A DNA stretch of 64,000 bases from Candidatus Poribacteria bacterium (GCA_965198235.1 OZ240248.1:4512001-4576000), one strand, 5' to 3'. Counted from the stretch's first letter, positions 10,202-20,500 are shown. The notes: a model not told the origin generated them from the sequence alone. Numbers and translations are program-made.

Positions 10202-10264
10202 TTTTTTAACTATGGGCTCCTGGGCATCGCTCCACTACGTTCCGCGATGGTTTTCAGTTAATTC
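10202..10264 (-). repeat. Start-codon-abutting structured element, copy B
   Basis: Minus strand: gaattaactgaaaac-catcgc-ggaacgtagtgga-gcgatg-cccaggagcccatagttaaaaaa-ATG(radA). Confidence 0.85.
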
Positions 10265-10334
10265 TGACGCGACTGGGGATATGTACGCTTTTTAAGACTT
10301 CTTTCCGCTCCATCGGTTGTCCGGACGATCTGAA

Positions 10335-10366
10335 GTAGGAAGTCGCGAGCTGGAGCTCGCTCCTAC
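10335..10366. repeat. GTAG-type REP-like palindrome
   Basis: gtaggaagtcgcgagctggagctcgctcctac. Confidence 0.65.
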
Positions 10367-10397
10367 AGAAGAACTGAATAACCCTACATCGTTAATA

Positions 10398-11960
10398 CTA
10401 CCACTCACCACCAAAAAAGCGAAATCCTGTTGTCCAACGCCGCTCACCGGTCAAATTCTCTGCCCCAATCAGGAGTTGCCCATATCGGAAGAACCGGACC
10501 GCCACTTCCGCGTTCAACTCGGGTTCCCTGCTTGTCAACCCTATCCCTTCAACACTGATGCCGAAACGTCGGGACCACAACCACAAATCCAGCCCCGCGC
10601 CGACTTTGGAACGCATGAATCCTGCACGCGCCCGAAGAAAGTCAGTTACATCATGTGCATACTGAAACTCAAACCGAACCTTCTCATCTCGAACACCTAT
10701 CCCGAACCTATAGTGTGCGTTGGGTCTGCGAGAAAGTGAAAACGCCAGTTCATTGTAAAGTCGCTCTTCGAGACTTAAGTAGCGGAGTTCATAATCCCAG
10801 TTAAACCGGGGTGAATCAAGACGCTCCAACTGCTTCTCAGTTTTTTGAGAGAGTTCCGTTACCGCGCTCATCGTTTCGTCGACATTTTGCAAGGTTCGCC
10901 TGACATCTTCAAGCGGTTCCGGTGTGTTTAGCAATTGCGCGACAGTCCCCTCACCCTCATTAAGCGTGGTAAGAAAACGATTGACGCTCGCCTCCAAAGC
11001 AGCGATCGAAGCAGTCGTTGCCTTTAGGTTCTCTAAGATAGGTGCGATATTGGCTTCTCCGGTTTCAATAGCACTACTACTTTGCGAAACAAGGGCAGAA
11101 ACCTGTGCCGCTAACGTGTCGAAATCTGAGCGAAAATCCTGTGTTATCCGTCGAAATTCTGATGTTGTTGCACGAATATCGGTAAAAATAGTGTTGAGTT
11201 TCGGTGAATTCTGATTCAGGAGCCTCAAGAGTTCACGTGTAATGTCACTTATTTGACTGCTCACCATCAGAGAATCGCCTTCTAACTGTGTTATAAGGTT
11301 ATTTACCTTTACGAGGGTCCCCTGAAACCGCCTATCGTTTTCTAAGGCGAGTTGTGTTAAAGTTCGTACCGTCTCTTCAGAGTCAACGCTTAACTTCTCA
11401 ATAGTTTTTCCAGTGAGTGCGACGACCTCGCGAATCTCTTTGATGGCGAGTTGAATCGCTTCCTGGTTCGCTTGGAGCACCTCATTCGCAGCCGTTGTGA
11501 GTTCAATAGCCTGTGTCATACCAGCACTTGTCTGCTCAAGGAGTTCCAAGGCATTCACAGGATCTTTTCCAACAATCGGCAAGTTCGCTGGTTTTAATAT
11601 CGGGTTCCCAACTGCTCCATTGTCAAGAGCGATATAAATTTCACCGACAAACCCATTCATAGAAATTCTGGCACCACAGCCCTCCCTCAACCACTCAAAT
11701 GCGTTTTTGACTTTCGCCTTGATGTGCACATTATCAGTCTCAGGATGGAGCTCAATAGCCGTTACTTTGCCAATTGGGACACCATATAGGTAAACTCCTG
11801 CCCCGACATAAAGCCCGTTGACAGAACGAAATTGAAACGTCAGTTTATCACCAGTAGTTGCCCACGGCCAATTCTCCGCATTTGTAAGAAGGATTGTCAG
11901 GAATACGATGGCAACGAGAATCATTACACCGACTTTTACAGAAGCTGTCCAAAAGTTCAT
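10398..11960 (-). CDS. MCE/MlaD family protein with long helical region and C-terminal beta-rich domain
   Basis: N-terminal TM; F.SVNGL..GA.V...GV.IGKV MCE motif; in an operon with MlaE/MlaF homologues. Confidence 0.85.
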   Translation of the reverse strand: MNFWTASVKVGVMILVAIVFLTILLTNAENWPWATTGDKLTFQFRSVNGLYVGAGVYLYGVPIGKVTAIELHPETDNVHIKAKVKNAFEWLREGCGARISMNGFVGEIYIALDNGAVGNPILKPANLPIVGKDPVNALELLEQTSAGMTQAIELTTAANEVLQANQEAIQLAIKEIREVVALTGKTIEKLSVDSEETVRTLTQLALENDRRFQGTLVKVNNLITQLEGDSLMVSSQISDITRELLRLLNQNSPKLNTIFTDIRATTSEFRRITQDFRSDFDTLAAQVSALVSQSSSAIETGEANIAPILENLKATTASIAALEASVNRFLTTLNEGEGTVAQLLNTPEPLEDVRRTLQNVDETMSAVTELSQKTEKQLERLDSPRFNWDYELRYLSLEERLYNELAFSLSRRPNAHYRFGIGVRDEKVRFEFQYAHDVTDFLRARAGFMRSKVGAGLDLWLWSRRFGISVEGIGLTSREPELNAEVAVRFFRYGQLLIGAENLTGERRWTTGFRFFGGEW

Positions 11961-11961
11961 G

Positions 11962-12741
11962 CTATCTCCCCAAATATTTCTTCAAAATGGGATTTTCCAT
12001 GTTGAGAATCTGGTCCGGTGCTCCAAATAGAATGAACTGTTGCAAAATGGGATCGTCGATGTTGATAATTTCATCTGGACCGCCGTATGCGATCTGCCTA
12101 CCTTCATGAATCATAGCCATCCGTGTTGCGACACTGAAGGCACTGTGCATATCATGTGTAACCACAACGGAAGTGACTTGCAGCCTCTCGTGGAGATCTC
12201 TAATAAGTTGATTGATTTCCGTGCAGGTAACCGGGTCAAGTCCGGTTGTAGGTTCATCGTAAAAAATAACCTCCGGATCAAATGCCAGGGCGCGTGCGAG
12301 TCCAACCCGTTTTCGCATACCACCACTTAATTCAGCGGGACGCAAGTCCTGGACACCTTCTAAATCAACAAGACTGAGTTTCTCGTCAACAATCTTGCGT
12401 ATTTCTCGCCTGTCAAGATTTGTATGTTGATCCAGCATAAAAGCGACGTTCTCTGCGACAGTCATCGAATCAAAGAGGGCAGCAGACTGAAACAGCATTC
12501 CAACCTTTCGGCGGAGGACGTTCATCTTTTTGCCGTTTAGGTTCGATATTTCTGTTCCATCAAACCAAATCTCACCGGAATCGGCGGACATCAGTCCTGT
12601 GATAATCTTTAGGAGTACACTCTTACCACACCCGCTTTGTCCCATAATCACGAGCGTCTCACCACGTGGAATTTCAAGGCTTAGTTCGTTTAAAACGTTT
12701 TTGCCTCCAAAATTTTTGGTGACATTCCTAATTGAAATCAT
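11962..12741 (-). CDS. mlaF: MlaF/Mkl family ABC ATP-binding protein
   Basis: GQSGCGKS, LFQSAALFDS, LSGGMRKRVGLARA and YDEPTTGLDP motifs. Confidence 0.9.
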   Translation of the reverse strand: MISIRNVTKNFGGKNVLNELSLEIPRGETLVIMGQSGCGKSVLLKIITGLMSADSGEIWFDGTEISNLNGKKMNVLRRKVGMLFQSAALFDSMTVAENVAFMLDQHTNLDRREIRKIVDEKLSLVDLEGVQDLRPAELSGGMRKRVGLARALAFDPEVIFYDEPTTGLDPVTCTEINQLIRDLHERLQVTSVVVTHDMHSAFSVATRMAMIHEGRQIAYGGPDEIINIDDPILQQFILFGAPDQILNMENPILKKYLGR

Positions 12742-12794
12742 CTTTTTAATTATGGGCTCCTGGGCTGCCTTCCACTACGTTTCAGGCAGGTTTC
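12742..12794 (-). repeat. Start-codon-abutting structured element, copy C
   Basis: Minus strand: gaaac-ctgcc-tgaaacgtagtggaa-ggcag-cccaggagcccataattaaaaag-ATG(mlaF). Confidence 0.85.
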
Positions 12795-12850
12795 TGGTCC
12801 GTCCAGACGAACCTTGGTAAAAATAACGCTCAGATCTCAGAGACGGTGGG

Positions 12851-12911
12851 GATTCACTGGAAACCACCGCGTAATGTAATGGAGCGGTGCCCAGGTGTTA
12901 ATAGTTTAAAA
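12851..12911 (+). repeat. Diverged copy E of the same element, back-to-back with copy C and abutting the mlaE stop codon
   Basis: gattcactggaaac-caccgc-gtaatgtaatgga-gcggtg-cccaggtgttaatagtttaaaa. Confidence 0.7.
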
Positions 12912-13736
12912 TTATACCAACCCCAAAATGTTAAAGAGTATATGATTCAAGACAAAATCCAAAACGAGAATCGCAATAAGAGAGATTACAGCAGAGCCAG
13001 TCGTCGCAATTCCGACCCCCTCTGCGCCGCCTGCTGTCGAGATACTAAACCCCTTGTAGCAGCCGACCGCAGCAATTGCCATCCCGAAAGAGGTCGCTTT
13101 AATCAAACTAATGAGCACGCTTCCGACAAAAAGATTCTTCTGCACTTCCAAGAGAAAAAAGGAGCCATTTACATCAAATAGCGTAACAACGGCGACAAAA
13201 CCACCAGCGATGCCCGCAAACGTCGAATAGATTGTAAGTGTCGGTAACATCAGAGAACACGCGAGAAAACGCGGCACAACCAGATATTTGACTGGATTTG
13301 TGCCCATCACCTTAAGCGCGTCAATTTGCTCCGTAACCTTCATCGTTGAAAGCTCAGCAGTAATTGATGCCCCGATACGTCCGGCAAGCACAAACGCAGT
13401 AATCATCGGACCGAGTTCCTTCACGACTGAAACACAGACGAATCTTGCCACCGATCCTTCCACCGCATAAGGTTTGAGCTGAATGTACCCCTGAACACCC
13501 AATACCATCCCCGTGAAAAACCCGGAGACAATAACAACAGCCAAAGAATTGAAACCGATCAATAACAACTGCTTAACTAACAGATCAAACTGAAAGGGAG
13601 GACGGAAAATTTGGATAAGGGTTTGAAAAAAGAGCGTAAAGGCTTGTCCTATCTCGGAAAGCACGTTGTGCAACCGAATCTTAACCAAATCAGGGAACCC
13701 ATTAGGGGCTTCGTGTATAGTGGACTGCTGCTCCAT
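12912..13736 (-). CDS. mlaE: MlaE family ABC permease
   Basis: KELGP..TA..LAGR.GA.ITAEL.TMKVTEQIDAL motif; GA.GVG.ATT. Confidence 0.92.
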   Translation of the reverse strand: MEQQSTIHEAPNGFPDLVKIRLHNVLSEIGQAFTLFFQTLIQIFRPPFQFDLLVKQLLLIGFNSLAVVIVSGFFTGMVLGVQGYIQLKPYAVEGSVARFVCVSVVKELGPMITAFVLAGRIGASITAELSTMKVTEQIDALKVMGTNPVKYLVVPRFLACSLMLPTLTIYSTFAGIAGGFVAVVTLFDVNGSFFLLEVQKNLFVGSVLISLIKATSFGMAIAAVGCYKGFSISTAGGAEGVGIATTGSAVISLIAILVLDFVLNHILFNILGLV

Positions 13737-13809
13737 ATTTTCTATTTTTTAATACAATTGCTGATAGCCAATTCAGGGAGATGTCCGATTCTTAAGGCTT
13801 TTTATCCGC

Positions 13810-15141
13810 CTAACTGGGGTTTTCAAATCGCATCTGCTTTTTGCTAAAATAAAGAATAACCGTCCCGGTTGGTCCGTTACGCTGTTTCTTAATCATGATG
13901 TTCGCTTCAACCCTGTCTCCAGCATCTTCATCTTCATAATAATCTTCTCGGTGTAAAAAGGCAACGAGATCGGCATCCTGTTCGATTGCCCCAGACTCCC
14001 GTAAATCTGAAAGTTGCGGGCGTTTATCAGGGCGGCGTTCAATCTCACGACTCAATTGCGAACAAGCGATAATCGGAACATTAAGTTCCCACGCGAGGAC
14101 TTTCAAAGCACGTGAGATTTCAGAGATCTCCTGTTCACGAGCGTGATATCTACCCGTCCCTCTCAATAGTTGGAGGTAGTCAACAATAATAAGTGCCAGA
14201 TCGTCGTGTTCGCCTTTTAATCGTCGCCCTTCGGCGCGTAGCCCCTGAACGGTAAGCCCACGATTATCGTTAATTAGGATAGGTGCCTCAGCCAATCGGC
14301 TTGCCCCTTCGGTCAACGGTCTCCAGTTATCTTCACTGAAGTTACCGGTTCGGAGTCGCGTAAAATCAATCTGAGATTCGGCAGCTAACATTCTCATAGC
14401 GATATCCTGAGCAGGCATCTCAAGACTAAAGACGGCGACTGGACATTTTTCTTCAAGGGCGATGTTCTGTGCTATGTTCAGCACTAAGGTTGTTTTTCCC
14501 ATACTCGGTCGCGCGGCAATGATAATGAGATTACCGGGCTGCAACCCTGATGTCAGATGGTCAAAATCCATAAAGCCGGTCGGCACCCCCAAGAACCTAT
14601 TTTTTTTGTGATATAAACCTTCAACCGTATTAAGACTTTCTGTGAGTAATGAACGGATAGCAACAAATCCGCGTTGGGTATTTGCCTGTCCAAGATCAAA
14701 GACTGCTTCCTGTGATTGATTCAGTACATCAGCAATTCCGACACCCTCGTCGTACGCTATCTCGCGAATCTGAAGGGTCGCTCGAATCAACCGACGGCGT
14801 GTCGCCTTTTCATGCAGGATATCTGCATAAAACTCCGTACTCTCCGTCTCCACAATTGGAGCCTGTAGTTCGTATAGGTACTCTGTCCCACCAGCCCGGT
14901 TCAACTGGTTCACTCGTTTCAACTCATCAGCAACAAGGAGCGGATCTGCATTGCTAACGCGGTCATATACAACAAGAATAGCTGAATAGATAAGCTGATG
15001 GTCTACAGTGAAAAACACATCAGAGGTCTGGCCGAACTTGGTTATTACTGGAGGAATAACCGATTTTTCGGTCATCATCGCGCCCAGAACCGCTTGTTCA
15101 GCTTCCTTGTCAGAAAGGGAATCAACCAGTTGTGCCTGCAT
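13810..15141 (-). CDS. dnaB: Replicative DNA helicase
   Basis: AEQAVLGA, AARPSMGKT, FSLEM, VDYLQL and SDLRESGAIEQDAD motifs. Confidence 0.97.
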   Translation of the reverse strand: MQAQLVDSLSDKEAEQAVLGAMMTEKSVIPPVITKFGQTSDVFFTVDHQLIYSAILVVYDRVSNADPLLVADELKRVNQLNRAGGTEYLYELQAPIVETESTEFYADILHEKATRRRLIRATLQIREIAYDEGVGIADVLNQSQEAVFDLGQANTQRGFVAIRSLLTESLNTVEGLYHKKNRFLGVPTGFMDFDHLTSGLQPGNLIIIAARPSMGKTTLVLNIAQNIALEEKCPVAVFSLEMPAQDIAMRMLAAESQIDFTRLRTGNFSEDNWRPLTEGASRLAEAPILINDNRGLTVQGLRAEGRRLKGEHDDLALIIVDYLQLLRGTGRYHAREQEISEISRALKVLAWELNVPIIACSQLSREIERRPDKRPQLSDLRESGAIEQDADLVAFLHREDYYEDEDAGDRVEANIMIKKQRNGPTGTVILYFSKKQMRFENPS

Positions 15142-15143
15142 AA

Positions 15144-15590
15144 TTACTCTTCACGTTCAACAACAAGGCGGAGTTCGACGACAACATCTGTATGTAATTT
15201 GACCGGCACCATAAACACGCCGAGTTCGCGAATCGGCTCTGTGAGTTCAAAGAACCGCCGTTCCAAATCAAACCCCTGAGCTCGCAAATTTTCTGCGATA
15301 TCCATGGAGGTAACTGACCCGAAGAGACGATCATTTTCACCCGCCCGCCTGCTCAGTGTGCAGGTAACACCCGTCATCTGTGCGGCGATTTCACGTGCCT
15401 GTTCTTTATCTTTCGCCTCCTGATGATCGATTATCCGTTTCTCGTGCACTAAGTGTCGGCGGTTTCGTTCGGTTGCGTGTACCGCTAACTGCATAGGAAG
15501 AAGATAGTTACGCGCGTAGCCATTCGCGACCTTTAGCACATCGCCCGGCAGACCGAGACCTTCAACACTTTTTTTTAGAATGACTTCCAT
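15144..15590 (-). CDS. rplI: 50S ribosomal protein L9
   Basis: LG..GD...V..GYARNYLLP and RLFGSVT motifs. Confidence 0.97.
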   Translation of the reverse strand: MEVILKKSVEGLGLPGDVLKVANGYARNYLLPMQLAVHATERNRRHLVHEKRIIDHQEAKDKEQAREIAAQMTGVTCTLSRRAGENDRLFGSVTSMDIAENLRAQGFDLERRFFELTEPIRELGVFMVPVKLHTDVVVELRLVVEREE

Positions 15591-15651
15591 AATTGAAATC
15601 CTAAACTATCCTTCGTAGGGAAATCCGTTGTACGCGTCTGGAGCCCTACCT

Positions 15652-15852
15652 CTATCGCGTAAACGGCAACAGTGCCATATTACGGGCGCGCTTGACTGCA
15701 CGCGTTACCATTCGTTGTTGTTTCGCCGATAGTCCAGTGACTCGGCGACTCACAATTTTGCCACGTTCATTAATAAATTTTCGCAGCGTATCTATATCTT
15801 TGTAATCGAAAGATTCAATTTTATGATAGCGCTGTCTGCGACGGAATGCCAT
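15652..15852 (-). CDS. rpsR: 30S ribosomal protein S18 (short, no Cys)
   Basis: DYKD...LRKFI.ERGKI..RR.TG..AKQQR....A.KRAR.MALLP. Confidence 0.96.
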   Translation of the reverse strand: MAFRRRQRYHKIESFDYKDIDTLRKFINERGKIVSRRVTGLSAKQQRMVTRAVKRARNMALLPFTR

Positions 15853-16285
15853 ATCAATTTCTTCAGACTGGGGACTCCATGCTTTAGCATGGAGCGAAAA
15901 GTCTGCTCCTCCAAAAATTAAAAGTTAATCGTAATGCTATACGTTTTGTTGTATTTTTTCATGTATAGCAATAGGTTTATATCTAAAGTTAAGTCTACGT
16001 AATGTCTTACAGTCTGATACTTTTGCCGATCGTGTCAGTCGTTTACCCCCTTCTATCGGTTGTAAACACAAGTATTTGTTCATTTTACCGCATACTACAG
16101 CTAAGCCGTGTTTAATATGCTTGACGAGTGTGCCCTTACTGAATCCAAGACAACTTGTTCCACCATATCGCGGACGCTTACTGCCTTTCTGTGGGAGTTG
16201 TCTGTGTAGACTCCGTCTTTCCATAGGTATTGGCGATATAGGGAGAACCTCTGGACAACAGCGATTCTCCCACGAAGACTATTCT
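15853..16285 (-). mobile_element. IS200/IS605-type remnant: C-terminal fragment of an RRXRR/IscB-IsrB-like protein (ORF 15937-16224) plus terminal hairpin (15864-15905)
   Basis: PI...RRSLHRQLPQKG..RPRYGGT..LGF.KGTLVKH.KHGL..V.G...GKRLT..AKVSDC resembles RRXRR-protein C-termini; hairpin cagact...ctccatgc-taaa-gcatggag...agtctg. Confidence 0.7.
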
Positions 16286-16288
16286 TAC

Positions 16289-16759
16289 TCAAAACGGAAT
16301 GTCGTCCTCTGTTCCGGAAGATGCGTCACTCGCAGCGGGAGCAGGTGCGTCCTGATAAGATGCAGGCTGTGCTGATGTAGCTGCAGGTTGGGCATCGGCG
16401 TAACCGCTGCCCCTCTCATTGTCATCACGTCTCCCAACAAACTGAAACCGCTGCAGACGGACTTTAAGACGGTTCCGCTTCGTGCCGTCTTCAGCTTCCC
16501 AGGAATCATATCTGAGGGACCCCTCAACCAAAATGGGGCTGCCTTTACTGAAATACTCACCCACTAACTCTGCCTGCTTATCCCATGCTTCTATATCAAC
16601 AAAGCAGACATTTTCTTTCTGTTCACCCGTCTGCCGGTCAGTATACCGTTCACTCATAGCCAATCCAAAATTCGCGATGGCTGTTCCACTCGGCAGGAAT
16701 TTCACCTCAGGATCCCGTGTCAAATTTCCCATCAGGATGACCTTGTTGTAACTTGCCAT
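16289..16759 (-). CDS. ssb: Single-stranded DNA-binding protein
   Basis: NKVILMGNLTRDPE; C-terminal DDIPF. Confidence 0.97.
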   Translation of the reverse strand: MASYNKVILMGNLTRDPEVKFLPSGTAIANFGLAMSERYTDRQTGEQKENVCFVDIEAWDKQAELVGEYFSKGSPILVEGSLRYDSWEAEDGTKRNRLKVRLQRFQFVGRRDDNERGSGYADAQPAATSAQPASYQDAPAPAASDASSGTEDDIPF

Positions 16760-16844
16760 GGTTTCTCCTTTTTATCTGTAGGCTCAGACCTTTTGAGGTA
16801 GCCTACACGCCAAAAACTCGTTTAAAATTTGGATGACGCTTATT

Positions 16845-17297
16845 TTAGGCAGACTCTGTTGTATCTTTAGCCTCTGCGTCATCATCTGTTGTATCTTCAG
16901 CCTCTGCATTATCATCCGACGTTGCTTTCTCATCCGATGTCAATTCTCCATCCGGTGTCGATTTTTCGACCTCGGCTTTCTCAGCGGTTAGTTCGGCTTT
17001 CAGCTTATCAATATCATCCTCGTATTGGACAACCATATACCGCAAAATTGCTTCAATGACATGCAGGGATTGATTTAATTCCGCAACAAAACTCGGTGCG
17101 CACTCAAAAATGTAGAGCACATAATAGCCTTCACCCCGTTTTCGGATAGGATAGGAGAGTCGTTTTTTTCCCCAGGGATCAACCTTCAGGAGAGTCCCAC
17201 CACCTTCGATGATGCCCTTTATTTGATTCGTAAGAGCCTCTGCTGCGTTTTCATCGTGGTCGGGAGTAATGATAAGCAGGAGTTCGTAAGGATTCAA
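16845..17297 (-). CDS. rpsF: 30S ribosomal protein S6
   Basis: YEL..I..P, WGKKRLSYPI.K...GYY; acidic tail; TTG start. Confidence 0.96.
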   Translation of the reverse strand: MNPYELLLIITPDHDENAAEALTNQIKGIIEGGGTLLKVDPWGKKRLSYPIRKRGEGYYVLYIFECAPSFVAELNQSLHVIEAILRYMVVQYEDDIDKLKAELTAEKAEVEKSTPDGELTSDEKATSDDNAEAEDTTDDDAEAKDTTESA

Positions 17298-17302
17298 ATT
17301 TT

Positions 17303-17360
17303 CATGCCTCTCTTCGGACTGATGGCTCCACTGCTGTTGTAATAAGAGCAGAGAGCAGAG
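17303..17360 (-). promoter_or_regulatory. Probable S6:S18 autoregulatory ribosomal leader
   Basis: Minus strand: gctct-ctgct-loop-agcag-t-ggagc hairpin, then CCG directly before the purine-rich SD (ccgaagagagg). Confidence 0.6.
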
Positions 17361-17455
17361 ATTAATATTAATTAAGTGAACCCCACCTGATGCCTATAAA
17401 TCGAAACCGAATTACAGGTTAGATGGAATTCTATTCGTTAATTTTAGTTAATATA

Positions 17456-17484
17456 ATTATACCACATTCTAATCCGTATATCAA
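17456..17484 (-). promoter_or_regulatory. Sigma70-type promoter of the rpsF operon
   Basis: TTGATA-17-TATAAT with extended -10 TG. Confidence 0.6.
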
Positions 17485-17615
17485 CAAAAATAGTATTTTT
17501 CAGAGACATTTAGCTTTTACGGAATGCGTTGATTGAAAATTTACTACGTACTCCATAATACAGGTTAAAAGTCAATTAAGCTCATATAAGTTATATAAAA
17601 GAGAATTCAAGAAAT

Positions 17616-18473
17616 TTAGATTGGGAGCGTTGAATATGCAGTTACATGCAACGGTAAGAAAAACGGACGTTTCGACCTGAGGACCTCTTGCCGGATCCGT
17701 GCAGCTAATGTATCCACATCCACCTGTTCCGCCGTCGCAAGTCCGTATTTCTCCAGGAGTGGAAGGAGACTCTGAAAGATAGTCGCCATATATCGGTAAC
17801 CTGCCCAAGTTTTGGCGGCACCAATAGGAGATTCAAGATGCATCGTTGGCGGCGGCAAACCCGCGTCAACAAAAGCGCGATAAAGCCCAACGCCCATGTC
17901 AAGATGTGACCCTGAATGCTCAAACACATCCAAAATCCATCTAATCAGTTGGTTCATGAGAGGCGTACCGGGGTGTAAAAACGCGGGATAGAGTGTGTAT
18001 TCCGGCTCCTGAAATGCGACGATGCCACCCGGCTTTAGGTGCGTTATGAGCTCAGCGAACGCTTTCCCCGGATCCGCCATATACATCAATACAAACCGTC
18101 CAACAATAGCATCAAATTTGCCCGGAAAGTCAAGGATTCGCGCATCGCCCGCAATAAATTCTACGTTTCGCATGCCTGCATCAGTTGCTCGTTGGCGTGC
18201 AGTGTCAAGAATTGATACGTTGACATCTACACCAATAACCTGTCCTGTCGGTCCGACGAGTTCAGCGAGGGTGAGGGCAACATCACCAGCGCCACTACCG
18301 ATTTCAAGGACTCGCATCCCCTCTGTGATACCGGCTCGCTTACAGAGACGCTGCGTCGACTCTCCATAGATTCTCGATTGCTCAATGAGACGCGTTGTTT
18401 CGTGTGAGGTTCGTCCTAACGTATAGGTAGCATCGCTATTCGGCGAGACCGAGTTTTCCGCGTGATTTTTCAC
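17616..18473 (-). CDS. Class I SAM-dependent methyltransferase (paralog 2)
   Basis: VLEIGSGAGDV, FDAIVGR.VLMY and LKPGG motifs. Confidence 0.9.
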   Translation of the reverse strand: MKNHAENSVSPNSDATYTLGRTSHETTRLIEQSRIYGESTQRLCKRAGITEGMRVLEIGSGAGDVALTLAELVGPTGQVIGVDVNVSILDTARQRATDAGMRNVEFIAGDARILDFPGKFDAIVGRFVLMYMADPGKAFAELITHLKPGGIVAFQEPEYTLYPAFLHPGTPLMNQLIRWILDVFEHSGSHLDMGVGLYRAFVDAGLPPPTMHLESPIGAAKTWAGYRYMATIFQSLLPLLEKYGLATAEQVDVDTLAARIRQEVLRSKRPFFLPLHVTAYSTLPI

Positions 18474-18489
18474 CGTGTGTCGAATCCTT

Positions 18490-19326
18490 TTACGTCGTTA
18501 GAGAGGCATACGCTGTGATATGCGGTGGCAACATAATCGGTCGTTTCGCTGCTGCCACTTCCGCCTGTATCCGCTCTGCTAACGTATCAACATCTAACTC
18601 TTCAGCAGTGGCAATTCCGTACGCTTCCATCAGGGGGACGAGGCTCTGAAAACTGTTCGTAAGATATTCGTAGCCGGGCCAGTTCACGGGACCACCCATC
18701 GGTGCCTCAAAGTGTAAAGTCGGTTCAGGCAAACCTGCATCAACAAACGCTTTGTAAAGATCCATGCCCATCTCAAGATGCGCACCGGAACGCTCAAATA
18801 CACCACGTCCCCATTCAATCAATTTGTTTGCCAAGGGAGTATCGGGATGCACCGCTGCGGTATAAGGCGTAAAATCGACTTCCTGAAAGGCGACGATTCC
18901 ACCGGGACGCAGGTGTGTCGCCAAATGTCTAAGGGCTTCCGCTGGGTCCGCCATATACATCAGGACAAGCCGCCCGACCACAGCATCAAAGTCGCTTGGA
19001 AGCTCAAGGGTTCTGGTATCACCAGCAATGAATTCAGTATTTGAAAAACCCGCTGTCTCCGCTCGTGCCTGTGCTGTTTTGAGAATATCAGGGTTGACAT
19101 CTACACCAATAACTGTGCCGTCGGGACCAACAAATTCGGCGAGCGTGAGAGCCACATCACCGGCACCACTTCCGACATCAAGAACTTTCATCCCTTTTGC
19201 GATACCGCTCCTGAGAAAAAAACGCCGTGTCACATTGTCATAGAGTTGTGATTGCTCGATTAAGCGTTCCGTTTCCCCTTTGCTGCGACCCATTGTATAT
19301 TCTGCATCTCTGGACTGATTGCTCAT
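18490..19326 (-). CDS. Class I SAM-dependent methyltransferase (paralog 1)
   Basis: VLDVGSGAGDV, FDAVVGR.VLMY and LRPGG motifs; collinear with the neighbouring paralog. Confidence 0.9.
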   Translation of the reverse strand: MSNQSRDAEYTMGRSKGETERLIEQSQLYDNVTRRFFLRSGIAKGMKVLDVGSGAGDVALTLAEFVGPDGTVIGVDVNPDILKTAQARAETAGFSNTEFIAGDTRTLELPSDFDAVVGRLVLMYMADPAEALRHLATHLRPGGIVAFQEVDFTPYTAAVHPDTPLANKLIEWGRGVFERSGAHLEMGMDLYKAFVDAGLPEPTLHFEAPMGGPVNWPGYEYLTNSFQSLVPLMEAYGIATAEELDVDTLAERIQAEVAAAKRPIMLPPHITAYASLTT

Positions 19327-19471
19327 TCCTATTCCCTCACTTTCGAGAAATTTGCGAGATACAAGGACCTCGCGTCATATAATTGCAAATATTATGGTGT
19401 AATAAATAGCACAAAGATTTCCTTTCACGTTAGGGAGCAGTTGGGAACCACTCCGTAACACAAACTAAGAA

Positions 19472-20500
19472 CTAAAAACTGTAACCAACTTTGGTATACC
19501 AGAACGCACCGCCAAACCCATACGGACTATACTCGCCAAAAGGCCTACCAACAATTGCACCCGTAAAGTTTTCAATATCGGGATCTGACCAAGTGACGTT
19601 ATCGGGTTCCACATTGAGGACATTATTCACACCAATCGTGATACCTAAGTTTTCAATGACTGCGTAACTGAGTTCAAGGTCCACCAGAAACGCGCCGTCA
19701 TAGGTTTGCGCACCGACACCCGTGTTTCCGGCACTGATAAGCGCGGCGGCATCATCTCGCTGTATAGAACGATCTGTCTCATTCACGCCCCCGTATTCTA
19801 CACTAAGATTCGTCCAGAGATCTTCTCGTCCCAAACCGATATTTCCAGCGAGAGCGTAGGCAAGACCATCACCGGTTTGGAAAATACTGGGTTTAATTTC
19901 AAAAGATCCACCTTCGTAACTATCTTTGAGCTGCAGGTTTATGACACCCGCGATCGCATCGGAACCGTATTGCGCCGATGCTCCGTCTCGTAGCACCTCT
20001 ACCTGTTTCAGGGCAATGAAAGGGATAGGAGAGAGATCAGCACCCTGTGCACCATCGGACAATCCATTCCCGAGCCAAGCAATCACAGATGCCCGGTGGC
20101 GACGTTTACCGTTAACCAGCAGTAATGTGTGATCTGGTGCCAATCCGCGTAGATTCGCTGGACGGACAACAGTGGCTGCATCAGCGATCGGCTGTGCATT
20201 GACATTGTAGGAGGGTACTAAGTTTCTTAACAGGTCAGGGAGATCTGCGCCCCCCTGTTTGACGAAGTCCTCACTCGGTAAAACATCAATTGGTACCGCA
20301 GATTCAAGAACCGAACGCGGTTCTGCCCGTGTACCCACCACAACCATACCTTCAAGCGTTATAACTTCTTGTTCAGATGTTGCTTCGCTTGATTCCACCT
20401 CAGTCTCTTGTGCTATTGCGATAGACACCGAACCTATAAAAACTGCCAAAACAACGTGCGTCCAAAGCATCACCATTTTAAAATTAGGTACGACTTTCAT
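19472..20500 (-). pseudogene. TonB-dependent receptor with a large in-frame internal deletion (plug plus C-terminal strands only)
   Basis: Matches the 887-aa neighbour up to RSIQR.DA..LI.AGN, then jumps to QTY...FLVDLELSY...FWYTKVGYSF. Confidence 0.75.
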
